Shown here one piece after another: positions 25,421-38,510 of a stretch of DNA of 64,000 nt (position 1 is the first letter of the stretch; each line of letters starts with the position of its first letter). The position numbers were made by a program, and so were the translations under genes. Source of the stretch: Iphione sp. A-MEVVRFRX5 (taxonomy: Eukaryota); contig OZ320322.1 in the NCBI GenBank assembly GCA_976226885.1, forward strand, positions 41,044,001 through 41,108,000. The letters are read 5' to 3'. The notes under the pieces were generated by a model, which did no database searches, had not been told where the DNA came from, and saw nothing but the letters and a program-made list of their open reading frames with translations.

Positions 25421-27755
25421 CGTCAAAGTCAGTCTAGCTGGCTTAGGGATTCAAACCCACATTGACCTCATGAACTTGAGCTGCCTGTACACGGTCTATA
25501 TGGGTGTTAGTGCCCTTACCCACTAGCTCACAGTCACTTAACTATGGTTTGATGATGAATTTTGCATTTATAGAAGTACAGTACAATCTCAGCCGAAATA
25601 TGTTAGGATACACACCTTATGGAATGCATTTGATATATTTGTACGGTACAACTAAAGAACATTTTTGGGCATCATTTGATGCCGAGATTGTGTAAATTCT
25701 TTCTAGATCCTGAGATATTTCAATTTAAAGTTGATATAACTCACCTTTCAAAATGATCCTTCATCCAGACTGGTGGTTGCAATTTGTCATTTAGTACAAC
25801 ACAATCTGGGAGTTGTATCAGTGGATGATACACTGTCAGCTGGTAGATCATTGTTCACTAGGGGTGGTACTGCTAGAGTTACCATATTATCAAAATTAAA
25901 CAAGTGCATAATTATACATTATGTTCAACCACATACATTGATATAAACTTAATTAATATCTGGAACAATGAAATCCATATTTTCCCCTGTTTTGTCCATT
26001 TTTTAAAGATCTTAGTTTTATCTGATGTTTTCTCAAGGAATTTTCTCGATAAAAGTGTGCCTTTTTTATCGTTCTATTAAGGTGCTGGAGTTTTGTTCAT
26101 AAAAACACAATTGATTGAATGCAAATGTGTATTGTCTTGACCAAAGTATGGGTGTTTGTAGCGAGGCGATCCACACCCCTTTCGTACCCCATAAGGAAAG
26201 CAATCGCCTTCCTATTGAGGCAATATTTGGGTGTAAACGATTAGCCTCTCACGATATATGAGTAACGGCAACGTAAGAGGCAGGTGTACGTCAAGTGTGA
26301 GGACAGAATTGTGCTAAATGAGAAGGTGTAAATAGTTGAGAAGATATGAGGTACTGTGAGTAAAAGTAGTATTGTTCCACCTAATCTTTTACGATTTCCA
26401 CGAGGCTTGTAACTTGTCTCAGTTCATTCTAGCATCAAACGTGTAGTCCGTGTGATGATCTGCTCTTGACTTAGCATTTTCTCTTAACATTACCAGAAGA
26501 GGTTTCTTGACCATTGTATGATTGATCAATTGGATGGGTTATCTGCTCAGTGGACTGCCAATGTTATCTGAAGAAGAAATATATAACTATACTTCAAATT
26601 TATGTTTTTAATGATTGTTTCCTGCTCTAATAACATACGTTTTTGTCCAATTGCTCGGTTTTATCACGAAATTTCATGTATGATTTTAATCCCACAAAGC
26701 ATTCTCTGTGAATTTACATAACCACCCATAATTTACAAAAGATCATCACAAAAACTTTAGTCTGTTAGTGTTCAGAGCAATAAAACTAAATACTATGGGA
26801 TGAGGACACTGTGTTATACAGGGAATGATTCCACGTACCTGTATATTTTCCTTTGACACAAATCAATGTTTGAAGATTTGGACATGTCCCATTTTTCATG
26901 GAGCATGAATTTTTGTTTAGTCTAGAAATACATGAAAAAAGGAGTGTGCGTGATGGTTTATTTGGATAGACGTATCAAATTTCTGTGCGTGTTGATAGTC
27001 AGCCTACAAAGTGTTGGAAGTGTAGGGGCTCATCTGTACATGTATCTGTATGGAGTCAGTTTAGATGTATCTACAGTCATTCCTTAGTAACCGACAAAAA
27101 TATAAGTGACGGTATATCTTTACCGACAGTCTTTCGAGTAACCATGTGTATTGAACTTCCGCTACAGTTGACTCTCTCAAATCTGGATACCCTCTGTTCA
27201 TCCGCAAATCGTCTGTATTTCAGATGCGTCTGGTTTACAGATCTGTAAGTAGGATATGAAACAGCGCAAAATTCGATGAGTATGAGTCCTAAAAGTATTG
27301 AATTTGATGAGTAAAAAGTCCTAAAAGTGCCAAATCATCCGCAGCTGGGGCGCGTCTGGTTTGTAGACATGTTCACGTGGGGAGAGTCTACTGTATATTC
27401 TATTCCAGCAATCGACAAATACTACATAAGTGATAGATACATACCGAGTATGGTGTTGTACGTTGATACATTCCCACAGAATGGATTAACAAGGAACAGC
27501 CGAGTAAATCCATTCTGTGGGAATATGTCAAATACTAGCACTGTGAGGTATCTATCTCACTTAAATTCATGGCTCCACAACTACACACCACACCTACACA
27601 CACACACCTACACCTGCATGCTCTTTGAGGTGTGTAGGTTACTTAAAGCATGGCTCCGCATATATACCCACACAGACCCCAGCACACACACACGTACTTC
27701 ATTCTATCTCACTTAAAGCATGGCACACACAAACACACACCACAGAATGAGAGAG

Positions 27756-27977
27756 ATTTGTGGTGAGTTTGAGGAGTAAAGATTTGAGTTGTGGTGAGTT
27801 TGAGGGGTAAAAACCTGAGTTGTGGTGAATTTGAGGAGTAAAAACCTGAGGTATAGGGAGTTTGTGAAGTAGAAGACTAAGTTTTAGTGAGTTTGAGCAG
27901 TAAAAACCAGAGTTTTAGTGAGTTTTAGGAGTAAAAACTAGAGTTGTGGTGTGTTCAAGAGGTAAAAACCTGAGTTT
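27756..27977 (+). repeat. 31-bp minisatellite, about 7 degenerate copies (GAGTTGTGGTGAGTTTGAGGAGTAAAAACCT)
   Basis: Head-to-tail units with no unique spacers. Confidence 0.85.
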
Positions 27978-28056
27978 GGAAGATAGAGTGTGTGTGTACG
28001 TGTGTGCACACTCAAACCCTACAATGAATGAAAGAATGGTGGCCTAACCTTTGTCA

Positions 28057-28260
28057 GGCCCCTATAGAACAGTGGATAGGAGTGCTGCTTCTCTCCATTG
28101 CCAGCTGAGGAAGCAGGTTTGAACCCCTACCAAGCCAACAGACTGATTTTTGCTAATGGCTTTTCACAGCTTTCCAGGAAGCGTCCACCGTCTCATACCT
28201 GTGGGGGCAATGCACGGCAGTCGTAATCCAAAGTGTACTGTATGCAATATATTGGCACAC
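28057..28260 (+). mobile_element. Possible tRNA-derived SINE head
   Basis: A-box-like TAGAACAGTGG at 28065-28075 and B-box-like GGTTTGAACCC at 28116-28126; no cloverleaf; 3' limit uncertain. Confidence 0.35.
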
Positions 28261-29289
28261 TTCCCCATATAGGGCTAAAGAGAAAAAAATGGCTGCCATA
28301 CTTTAACTGACGAAATCACCAGGAACAGCAATTGTTGGTTAGAGAGGAACCACTGTACAGGACATATCCCATGACAGTTGAAATCACGTTAATTTTGGTC
28401 ACGGGGCACACAAAAAATAAAGGTGGGTACATCCTCTTGGGCTTGGCAACTCCGACTATCAGATTTCCCATTTCGATTATAATGAAGACCCTGAAAACTT
28501 CCCGCGGGCGAATATCAAGTTACTTTCAGTTGCTGCAAACAAGTTTTTGCAACCGATCAATACCTTCTCTAAGTGTTTACTGGGGAAAGAAAAAAACCCT
28601 CTTTGTATCATGTTTGTGGCCAAGGATAGCAAAGACACACTTAAGACAAAGGATTGAAAGGCGTGTACAGTCTGTATTTGTATGTAGGGGTTGACGTCCT
28701 AGAGGTATACTGCTCTACACTGAAACAATTTGATTTTCTTATAATTTTTTTCGAGACAACCTGAGTTCTGACGGGTCTTTTTCGTAAAAAAACTAATGCC
28801 GCTATAAGACCATATACTACAATGTGACCAAAACCTCCATACCGGGCGAATATCTTCTTAACTGAATTTTTATCATTAACTATACGTTTAGATCGCAATG
28901 CGACCAAAACCATGAATGTGATCACTACAACTACGTATTGAAGGTCGATCGAATAGTGGTATTTGACTGTACATGTAGAAAGATTATGTAATTTACCACC
29001 TATTATTTGACAAGCCATCTCTATCTAAAGAACTTTTACCAACACTTTTTTTATAAGCATCTCTTGCAGAAATAGTTTTCTGCTTTCACTTTACATACTC
29101 ACAGCTTCCCCTGTTACACTATCACTAACATTCTCCTCCCAAGACCTGCATTTCTTCAGGGTATCTCCTTCGAGGTGACCCTAAGAAGCCACCCATGGTA
29201 CTGTGCTCAGTGATGAGTTGTTCACTGTAATTCCACGTCACATATAGGCTCACCTTCGTTCACCTTCGTTAACATTCCACTGCACTGGT

Positions 29290-29630
29290 AGCAACAATGG
29301 CGACTTCCAAAAGTAAACCAAACCAAGCAATAAACCCACCTAGATGTCTGCCCTCCTTTTACCACTTCGTTGTGCTATATTAGATATAAAGGTTGGTAAG
29401 AGGTGGGCCATCTAGACAAGAGTCGCTGTAGTTCTCTTTCGCTTTCCGGTTTTTCTCCCTAACGTTTTCGTCCAATGCTGAGGCAGCATATTGCCATTTC
29501 CCATCATTTTATCTCGATGCGATCATCTCACACCTGGGTCTCACAGAGTCTCGCGAGACGTGAGTTCATACGTTTAATGCGGCCGTCAGTGATTAATTGA
29601 CTTGGTCATGGCGGCGCATGCGCAACAGCG
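29290..29630. promoter_or_regulatory. Cluster of housekeeping-promoter motifs (TCTCGCGAGA, NRF1-type, YY1-like)
   Basis: TCTCGCGAGA at 29549-29558, GCGCATGCGC at 29614-29623, CATGGCGGC adjacent, and CAACAATGGCG near 29294. Confidence 0.5.
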
Positions 29631-30580
29631 CCAGCCGGCAACTGCGGGCGCGCCCCCCTGTGGGAATCTGCGAAACCATCACGCATTACAAAAAGCTTAC
29701 TTTGTGGCCCGGGCACGGAACTGGCCCGATCGATTGGTCGTCCATAGACCTAAAGGGAGTCGATTAGAAATTAAAGTTATATTGGTGAACGTGTGCAGGC
29801 AAAGGGAACAACACAAAGAATCAGTGTCCCGCTCCGTCCCCAGGGGTCTCTTGCACTGGTATTGGCCACTGTTCTAGGTGCGAAACGTTTGTATGGGATG
29901 CTGACGCTCAAGAAATAATGACCCCCCCCCCAATGAAGGCAGCTGATATTTCCTACTATTTTCTGCAATCTAAGGTAACGATTTACGATACGCACTGTTT
30001 TTGCTTGATCAATCTATAAATCGATTCTGTCCCCGAGACCCTGACATGACAGTTTATAAAGTAGTGAACGGTGATGAATTCAGATGCCAGTTGCAGTATT
30101 GTATATTTTTTTCGGGAGTAAAATAAAACTCAGTTTTACACAGGTGGGAAACAGCTGATGCATACTACAAAAGAATCCAGGAATCAAATATACCGTTTGA
30201 CAATCCCCACGCAACTTCTTGCATAATGGAATGGCACACGTGCATGTCGGTTAGCATCTAGATAAACACTGGTAATGTATGCAAATAAGTTATATGACGA
30301 TTTTTTTCACATTAGAAGGAGAATAGATTCAAAATTTTGCAAGAATTTTGCTTTGAATCTGCCCTATACAAAATATAGCGATGTATATCCTTGCGGATGT
30401 AAACTGAAGCGGATGCTGATTATCTCACGGTCGGGTTTGATCGATCAAAGTTCAAGAGCTGGCTCTTACGCAGGCTAACATTCATGATTTATGAGGCATG
30501 TCTTATTCATGCAAAGTATACCAACAACTGGGGACACCGACATCGTGAATAATTCCAACATTCCACCCCCCACCCCCTCC

Positions 30581-30605
30581 ACACACACACGCACGTACAC
30601 ACACA

Positions 30606-30644
<39 letters not shown>

Positions 30645-30665
30645 ACACACACACACACACACACA
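30581..30665. repeat. Compound (CA)n(TC)n(CA)n microsatellite
   Basis: Read directly. Confidence 0.95.
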
Positions 30666-31023
30666 TAAACCTCCATCTCCATAATTCTCAATGGCCTCAC
30701 ATCCCCCGAAACAATGTAATCTGTAAGGTCAACAACCAACCAAGGGCAAGGTAAACTGAATTTAACACAAAAGTACCCCCCCCACCGACACACATACACA
30801 CGTCCTGCGTCGGCATTCTCTATTCTCAAGCCTTGCATTTAAAACAGCTCTTAACTGTGTGGTAAGGTTTGCAGTTGAGCAGGTTAATTTGAGGAATTAC
30901 GAATAAAAGTTTGCACTTTTTTGTCAGCTTTAATCTACTTGACGTTCTCTGTTGGAGGATTGCTCTCGTCTGGGAAATTAAATCCGTTCAGATAACTTGG
31001 GTCACGATGAGAGAGAGACTCTG

Positions 31024-31027
<4 letters not shown>

Positions 31028-31069
<42 letters not shown>
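31028..31069. repeat. (GA)n microsatellite
   Basis: Read directly. Confidence 0.95.
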
Positions 31070-31075
<6 letters not shown>

Positions 31076-32037
31076 AGAGCTAATAAGGGACTGTGGGAGT
31101 GTGCGAGCCGGCGCTGGCGTTGCGTGTACAGCTGCCTGTAGAGGTATACAACCCGGGAAGTTGGCGGGCATATGCACAGGCATTACCTTTCCCCCACCCC
31201 TCCCATCACAACCCAACTCAGCCCACCTCACCCACAGCCGGCACGCTGCAGCGTCAGCAGAGGAGCAGAAAGACTTGCAATTGTCGCAAGCGACCACCGC
31301 CAAACAGGTCATACCTTTCGATCAGCAATGAACGGCGGACAACAGTGGTGGTGGTGGTGGTGTTGAAGAGCAGTTTGCAAGTGTGAAGTGGTGCATTAGG
31401 ATCACAAACAGTTGCTTGGGACGTATTTCCGAGCACGGAGGATGATAAACGAACGCCGGAGAAATGAGTGTCCCGCTCGAAATGGGAATAATGGATTATT
31501 AGACCACAGAAGGAAGGACTTCACCTATGACGTGAAGTGTTTTCAAGCTCTATAACTACGTCAATTACCGCCTTTGTTATGTTGGTCGGTCGCTCTTATC
31601 TCGCTGCGATCTGAGCAATGTCAAGAGTAGTACTAGACAAATAGTTGCATAGTGACACGACCAACACTTTCTCACTTGCCTTGAAAACCTAACGCGCCAC
31701 CAGGGTTTTCCTTCGCATCAACTTGCTGGGTCTAGTACGTCCCCGACCACAGCAGTTATACGGGCAAGCTATACCTTGGGAGCGAAAGGTGCCCTGAGAG
31801 ACGGAGGCGGCGGCGGCCGTACCGGTAGCGGCAAACACGCGCGCGACCTGTCTGTCGGCCGACGAACCCATTCCAGCACATAGTCGTTGGCACCGGTAGC
31901 ACGCATACACACACACACCTGCGGTCGTACGCGGCCCGCAAACGCACGGCCAGCAACTTGCGGGTTGACTGCACGCACCCTCCTGGTTGTTACGGGACGG
32001 TGGTCAATACAACGCCAGTGCACGTCAAGCAGGAACA

Positions 32038-32040
32038 ATG
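32038..32040 (+). CDS. CaM-like exon 1 (ATG only; 5'UTR in CpG-rich region from ~31700)
   Basis: ggaacaATG|gtaagt, the calmodulin-type intron directly after the start codon. Confidence 0.85.
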
Positions 32041-35000
32041 GTAAGTAGCAGCAGCAGCAGCCCACACAGGGACATCACCACATTCTCTACTATAGTAGGT
32101 CGTTCATTGACAAACATTGCGGTATGAGATAACTAGCTTCCGCCCTCCCGCCCCTCGCCTATTACTTTCTACCCTTTGTTTGATATTTTGTTCGTGTGGT
32201 GGTGCAGATGTTAGCATCTCTCGGTGAGTATGTGGATATCTATCTTTGAACGGGCCATGTTAACGTAAGACTATCGCCCTGTAGTATATGTCTCCACGAA
32301 AATATAATTGCTCCGCACTTTTTCAAAAGACGAATCAGAATTCTACTCACTTTGCTTTCATTTACAGAGATACCTTTCATCGTTCGTTACAGTTATAATG
32401 CAGTCTGTTTGAGTCAGGTCCACAGGCTTAGCAAAATAATGCTTGCTTTGGCATTTTTACATTGTGTTATAAAATATTTACTACACCAGGAAAGGTTAAC
32501 ATACACCCCCACTGCGGAGTTACTTTTTAAAAGCGAGCGAACCCCGGAAAGCATAATGTAAAAAAGCAATTTAATTGATGAATAAATCAAACGTGGTTGA
32601 CTCGTTGTACATTGATGGCAATGAAAGAATCAATACACACGTAAATAAAATAATCAATATTAAATTTTGGAGTAAAACCTAGAGAACAGAATTTTCATGG
32701 AGCAGTATACACGCGGAAACAATAATCCAATACGATTCTATAGTTCTGAAGGAATGCGAGTGGATTTATAATGCATATGTATGTATAAAAGCACATCCGA
32801 AGGAGTACACGCCCACTTTAAAAATAGAAAATCACTAAGATGCTTAAGAGCACAACAGCGTAGGCACATCCTGAGGCGTATCAGGCGTGATCCCACTTCT
32901 TAACCTTCCCTGATTGTTGACACAAGGTCATGTGAAATGCATTATATCTTGTTAATCGGTAGAAAACATTCACGAAAAGGGCTCACATTGCTCGTACGAT
33001 AAAAATCGTAAACCATACATCCCCCAGACTATCCAATATAAGCTACAATCTAGTATAAACTATGTCAGCAGCTTTAACTTGATTGCGATGTCATGCAAGT
33101 ACAGCATTGCTTCTGTTCTTACTTTCAGGAGTCGGAGTTCACAGAGAGGGAGATTGCTGGTAAGTCGTTTTAATATAGCGTATCCCTAGCATTAAAGGCT
33201 ATCATTTCACCAGTGGCGTTTTTTTCATCCATGATATGAAAACAACAAAGGATTCGCTTAGTGCAACATCAAAAATACATGTACACACAAAAGGTACCAT
33301 AACCTTCGAAAATTCTTGAATACCAACAATTATATTTAAGAAAAGTAGTATTACCTGATGAAGGGAAGCACTTCTTCACACCTATCTTTCTGGCATATCG
33401 CTCACCTGTTTAGTCTGCCCTATACCATGGTTAAGTGTGGAAGCTGTCTCATATAAAATATATACTCACTTTGGAGGTAGGAAATCAACTCATCAAATTT
33501 TGGCAAGATCACTAGTACAAACCTCAAAAAGACTTAGATTCAAGCTCATGAAACAGATTCTTATCAGGCAGACTGTATATTTGCAGCCCTGATCCAGCGT
33601 AGTTCAAGCCGCGTGAAAGGCTCTGGGTATTCAGGTCCTCGCATTAAAAGATCGGAGCAACTATGGATATTCATGTACAGTCAGTCCTCATCAACACGAC
33701 TTTTTTCAACAATTGAGGGGAAATTTGGGTGCTGAGGGATTTTGTCTTCAGTTCTCTCCTAAGGCGACTCTTTAGTTGGGAATATATATGGACCCTGTTG
33801 TGGGGTCCAGTAGGCGAACCCTCAGTATATAGAATGTTTACGTATCTTATCATCAACTTATGTACATCCATGCGGTATGTCACATGAGAACCACATAAAA
33901 GACAAGTTGAGAAAGAGATTAACATGACAGTTTTGTATTAAGAATTAGTAAAGAGCCATACAAATGTGTCCCGAGAGGCTTCGTTTTACTGGCCGTGTAC
34001 GGGCCCATTTGCGACAGTTAAATAGTGTTTCAGATAATGTATTGCTGAAAGGAAAGTTGTTCCATTATAGAGTCAATATTTCCAAGTAAAACGGGGAAAA
34101 AACCCTTAAAATATCAAAAACATGTATAGCTTATATCCATGGTAGCGCTGCTAGTCTGACTTGAAAAGATATATAGCTTGTGTCTCGTCCCGCCAGTCTA
34201 ACTTGAATAGATGATTAAAATAGAAAAAACTGAGGCAATAACAACATCTATGATACATTATCAATTGTTATGTTTCGCATTAATGCAGGAAAAACACTTG
34301 AATTCCGTTATTTGCTACATCTTTTCAGTTGAACTCGTTTTTAATATAATTAAATTCTGTTGAATCGGGTGCTAATTGACTATTGTAAATTTAAATGATA
34401 AAGCTGTACTTCCCAGTTCTTACCTATGGCATCGTTTTCGAGTTACCGGATCATAATATAAAGTAAATACGTTCAGAAAAATAATCTTATTATAGGCTGA
34501 CTTTTCTTATTTGAACTACGCCATATCGCACAACAACCGTGATTGTTTGTAAATGTGTGGGTTAAAATACGATAGAAAGAAAATCACAGCCCAGATAAAG
34601 GTCAGCGATCTAACGCTGGAGACTCACGATCGTTGTACAAAGTCTAATGACACCTCGTCCAATTGCAGCAGCTTTCACCAAACAGGGAAGGGATGGACCT
34701 TCTGATGTGTCGTTGTGGTTAGGGCTGTCTAATGTCATCCTGGATGACACACAGTAGCTTTCCGGCATTTTCAGTCCGATCAGGATAGCCAATTAACATT
34801 CGATTTATGATTCTCGGCCAGACGAAGGTGAAAAAAACGCAAATGACAATCATTGTGTAAAGGACGATAAACTTTTCAGACCGATGTAAAAGTTACTGAC
34901 ATGCACTTTAGCTGTAATTTTTTCTTGCACAAAAACAGGTCTCCGCGAGGTCTTTGCCATGTTCGACAAAGATGGCGACGGTACGATCTCAGCCAATGAG

Positions 35001-38000
35001 ATTCTCACTGCGCTCCAATCGACGGGGTCGCAGGTGAGCGAGAAAGACCTGAACAACTTGCTCACCGAGTATGATGCCGACGGTGAGTAGCTCATTTACC
35101 CTTCAATAGAGCAAACAGACCTTCAGCGAATGAAATAAAGGATTTTTGGAGCATGCAGTCTCCGTAGGTGTTTTCAATTATGATGGAGATTTTGGACTTT
35201 TGGAAGCGACACGAAACAATACAGACGGCTACATTTGAATGGCACCTTTCATACGGAGTTATTCCTTGGTATGGAAATGCTTGCGACTTCACATTCCATG
35301 GCCCTTTTACGATAATCCCTCATTTACCGATAGCATTGTAAGCGACAAATTGCTATTAGTCACTGCAACACTTAATACCGGCCAGAACACATGCAGCCAC
35401 TTTGTGTAGAATAATGAAGATGTACTTTATATAGTGGGGAAAATAAACAGCTATTTGATTCGAGATTATGTTTTAACCCGGCCGGTTGCAATACAAATAT
35501 TGTAAGCGACTGTTCTCGAAACTGAGAATATATATATTTCAAATAAATCACTGCAAGTTCATAAATATCATCTGACTAACGACAGCAGGAAGGTATGTGG
35601 AAATGTACCTGTTCACAGCAATGATATTGACGCATGACATTATTGAGGACATATCATTACGATAGGGCTAAATTCACTATAAATAGACAAAAGAAATACT
35701 ACATCGCGGTGTTTTTTCTCACTGCTACTATTAACTTGTTACGCATATCAATCGTCGTAAACTAGGTGTTATGAGATTCATAGGATAGCTTTTCTGCTGT
35801 TATAGAGGATGGCTGATGGTGAGTGAATAGAAAAGGAGACCAGGCGCTGATTTTCAGGTTTTAATGTACATGTACCAATATATGCACTGGAATATTCAAT
35901 GTGCAGTTGAGACTTACCCGAGCGAGGCTAGTCCCCTCAGGAGACCCATCCTTAGAGGAAAAACGACTGAAATTGTCACCGTAGCTAGCTTATAATAAGT
36001 ACATGTAGATTTAAGTAACCAACCTGTCCCTTAGATTACATTGATAGAAGTTTCTGGGTGGATGAGGAATCTAACCCTTCCATCACGAGATGGATTTTCA
36101 ACAACATGTTATACTCTCCCATTGGACACTATGTTCTATTAAATATAGATTCATATATCGAATTACTGGGAACAATCTGAATACAGAATGAGGACCAATC
36201 AATACAAGTGAGGTGTCCCTCTTCCCGTTGTTGAGTGGTAACCATGACAGAGAGAATTCCCTGTCTCCTCACTCAGCCCGTGACATGGTTGGGTTTGGCA
36301 TCCAGGACCTGGTCAGGCTGAATACACCTCTCCCATGGGTGCACTAAAAATGAACTTGCTTTGGCATTGTCAATGGCTTGTCTATATGGTTAATTCTACT
36401 GTTATCCTACGTTTTTGACAACCTAAAATATGCATGACAATGGTATAGTTAAACTGACAATACAGCTTGTCAAGCCGTACGTTAGGCCTAACTACAGCAG
36501 TTACTTTAAATGCAAAATGATAGAATCTATACCCATATTACTAAGGGAAAGTGAATAAATGTATGGCTGTAAAATATAGAATATTATTAGTAGAGTTACC
36601 AGACTCCCTCTGAAGACATTTTTTAGATCAGAAAGGCAAAGAAAATCATGTCATTCAAATACACTTGTAGCATACCCTTGATAACAGTTATGGAGATTGG
36701 AGCCGATTGTCAGAGGTGAGTGAACATATTAACTCATTACATGGTCCTGGGAAGAAGTCCTTTATACCAAAATGGGACTAAGAACCTCCCCTAGATAGCT
36801 GTTGCATTGGATTTTGTCCTTGATGATGTCTAAGGCATTTAATTTATGAAAATGTATGATCAAAATACATTGAGATATTGGTAGCTCCAAGGAGGAGCCT
36901 GGCATGGTCACCAACAGTTCTACTAACTTCTTTCAGCCCGTCCCTCATACTAGATTTATTGGAATATGTTTAGTTTGGTCTATTTCATTGGTTTTGCTAT
37001 CTGTAAACCCCTTTCTAAACGTATTATATCTTGGAAAAGTTTGAGCTGACATAATTTCTGCCATTGAAATTAAACCCAGTGACAGATGCATAAAGATACA
37101 TATTTTCAGTACCTGAGTTGCAAGCTGTAGTTGTGTTAGTAGCTGGTGTTTGCATTAGTATCATAGGGTTCTTTCTCTTTATCAATCCGACCTTCTTGAG
37201 AAGGGCATGTGGTCTGCACACTGCCCATGCTGTGTAGGCTTGTCAGTGACCAGAAGGAAGAAACCCTGTGTTAGGGTTCAAGTGGTCTTGGGGTCTGTTC
37301 TTGCTTGGTCTTCAGGAGACTGGTCTTCCTCATCATCTGGTCTTCTCTGTAATCTGTTCTGATGTAGGGAAATGTATGTGAAAGTATGTCGTTTTTTGAA
37401 ATACATGTAGTGGTTTCTTGTCTAGTCTGGTCTCCCTGGGACCTGGTTTTGAACTAGGTGTGCACTGTATATGGCATATCCTGACAAGTTAAGATAAATA
37501 AACTTGGAAATGCTTCATTATTATGTCCTGCAAGATTTCTAAATACAAAATTGTTGTAGTCTACCAAAGATATAGCTAGTATTGCCTAGTTACAACTGAA
37601 ACATGGAACATGATTTGTTATAAAATTTGGATGACAATGCTTAACCTGTACATTATATGACATTCAAAATAACAATGCAAAACTTGTCACTAAAGAAAAA
37701 CCTTATGACTAGTTTAGTTTATCATTATCACAATTTTACAATAGCAACATAATTGAGTTTATAACAAACTACTTTGTTACAAACTTTGAGTGACAATGCC
37801 AACTGTGTACATTGTATGACCATCAATAGGACAAGCCAAAACTTACCAGAGGCAAGTCCATGACAACTTTATTTTTTCAGTGGTTGATAACTAGAATAGT
37901 GAGTGGTATTTTCTGATAAGATCAACAAAATGTGATTTCTCCCTTACACGATGGAGGAAACTACACATAGTACTGAAGGAAATTATGTTTTTGTTGTGAG

Positions 38001-38475
38001 AAGTGGGCAATTCCCAGCAAATTCAAACAGCTGGGCACATGGCTCAAATCAGTACTATAGGAAAAGCCTATACCAGAATCATTTTCTATCTTATTAAAGT
38101 ATGAGTTCTGAGTATTTTTGCCTAAAACTTCAAGGGAGTTTAGGTCTAATGATACTGAACATTTTGCTGTAAAATAATTTATAAATAAATAAATTACTGG
38201 TTTATAACAAAATGCTCCTGACATAGATGTACCATTACTGAAAATGTCAAAGAAAATAAACCAATAGTTCAGAGACATTAGAACATCTAGCCCTATATGT
38301 TAAGCATTGTGAGAAAAGACTGCCTGTGCCCAGCCCCTCCCACAACAGGAAGTAGAATTCACGTGAGCTTTGGTGCCCTATAACTGCACATGAATTATAC
38401 TCGTCTTACTTAGGATTTGTAGCGGTTGCATTCACTGTCCAGGAACAAGGATTGACTCGCCTCGTCAATATGATC

Positions 38476-38510
<35 letters not shown>

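Noticed and set aside
27756-27977. Regular 31-bp repeats resembling a CRISPR array
   Set aside because: Head-to-tail with no unique spacers, no cas genes, eukaryotic context.
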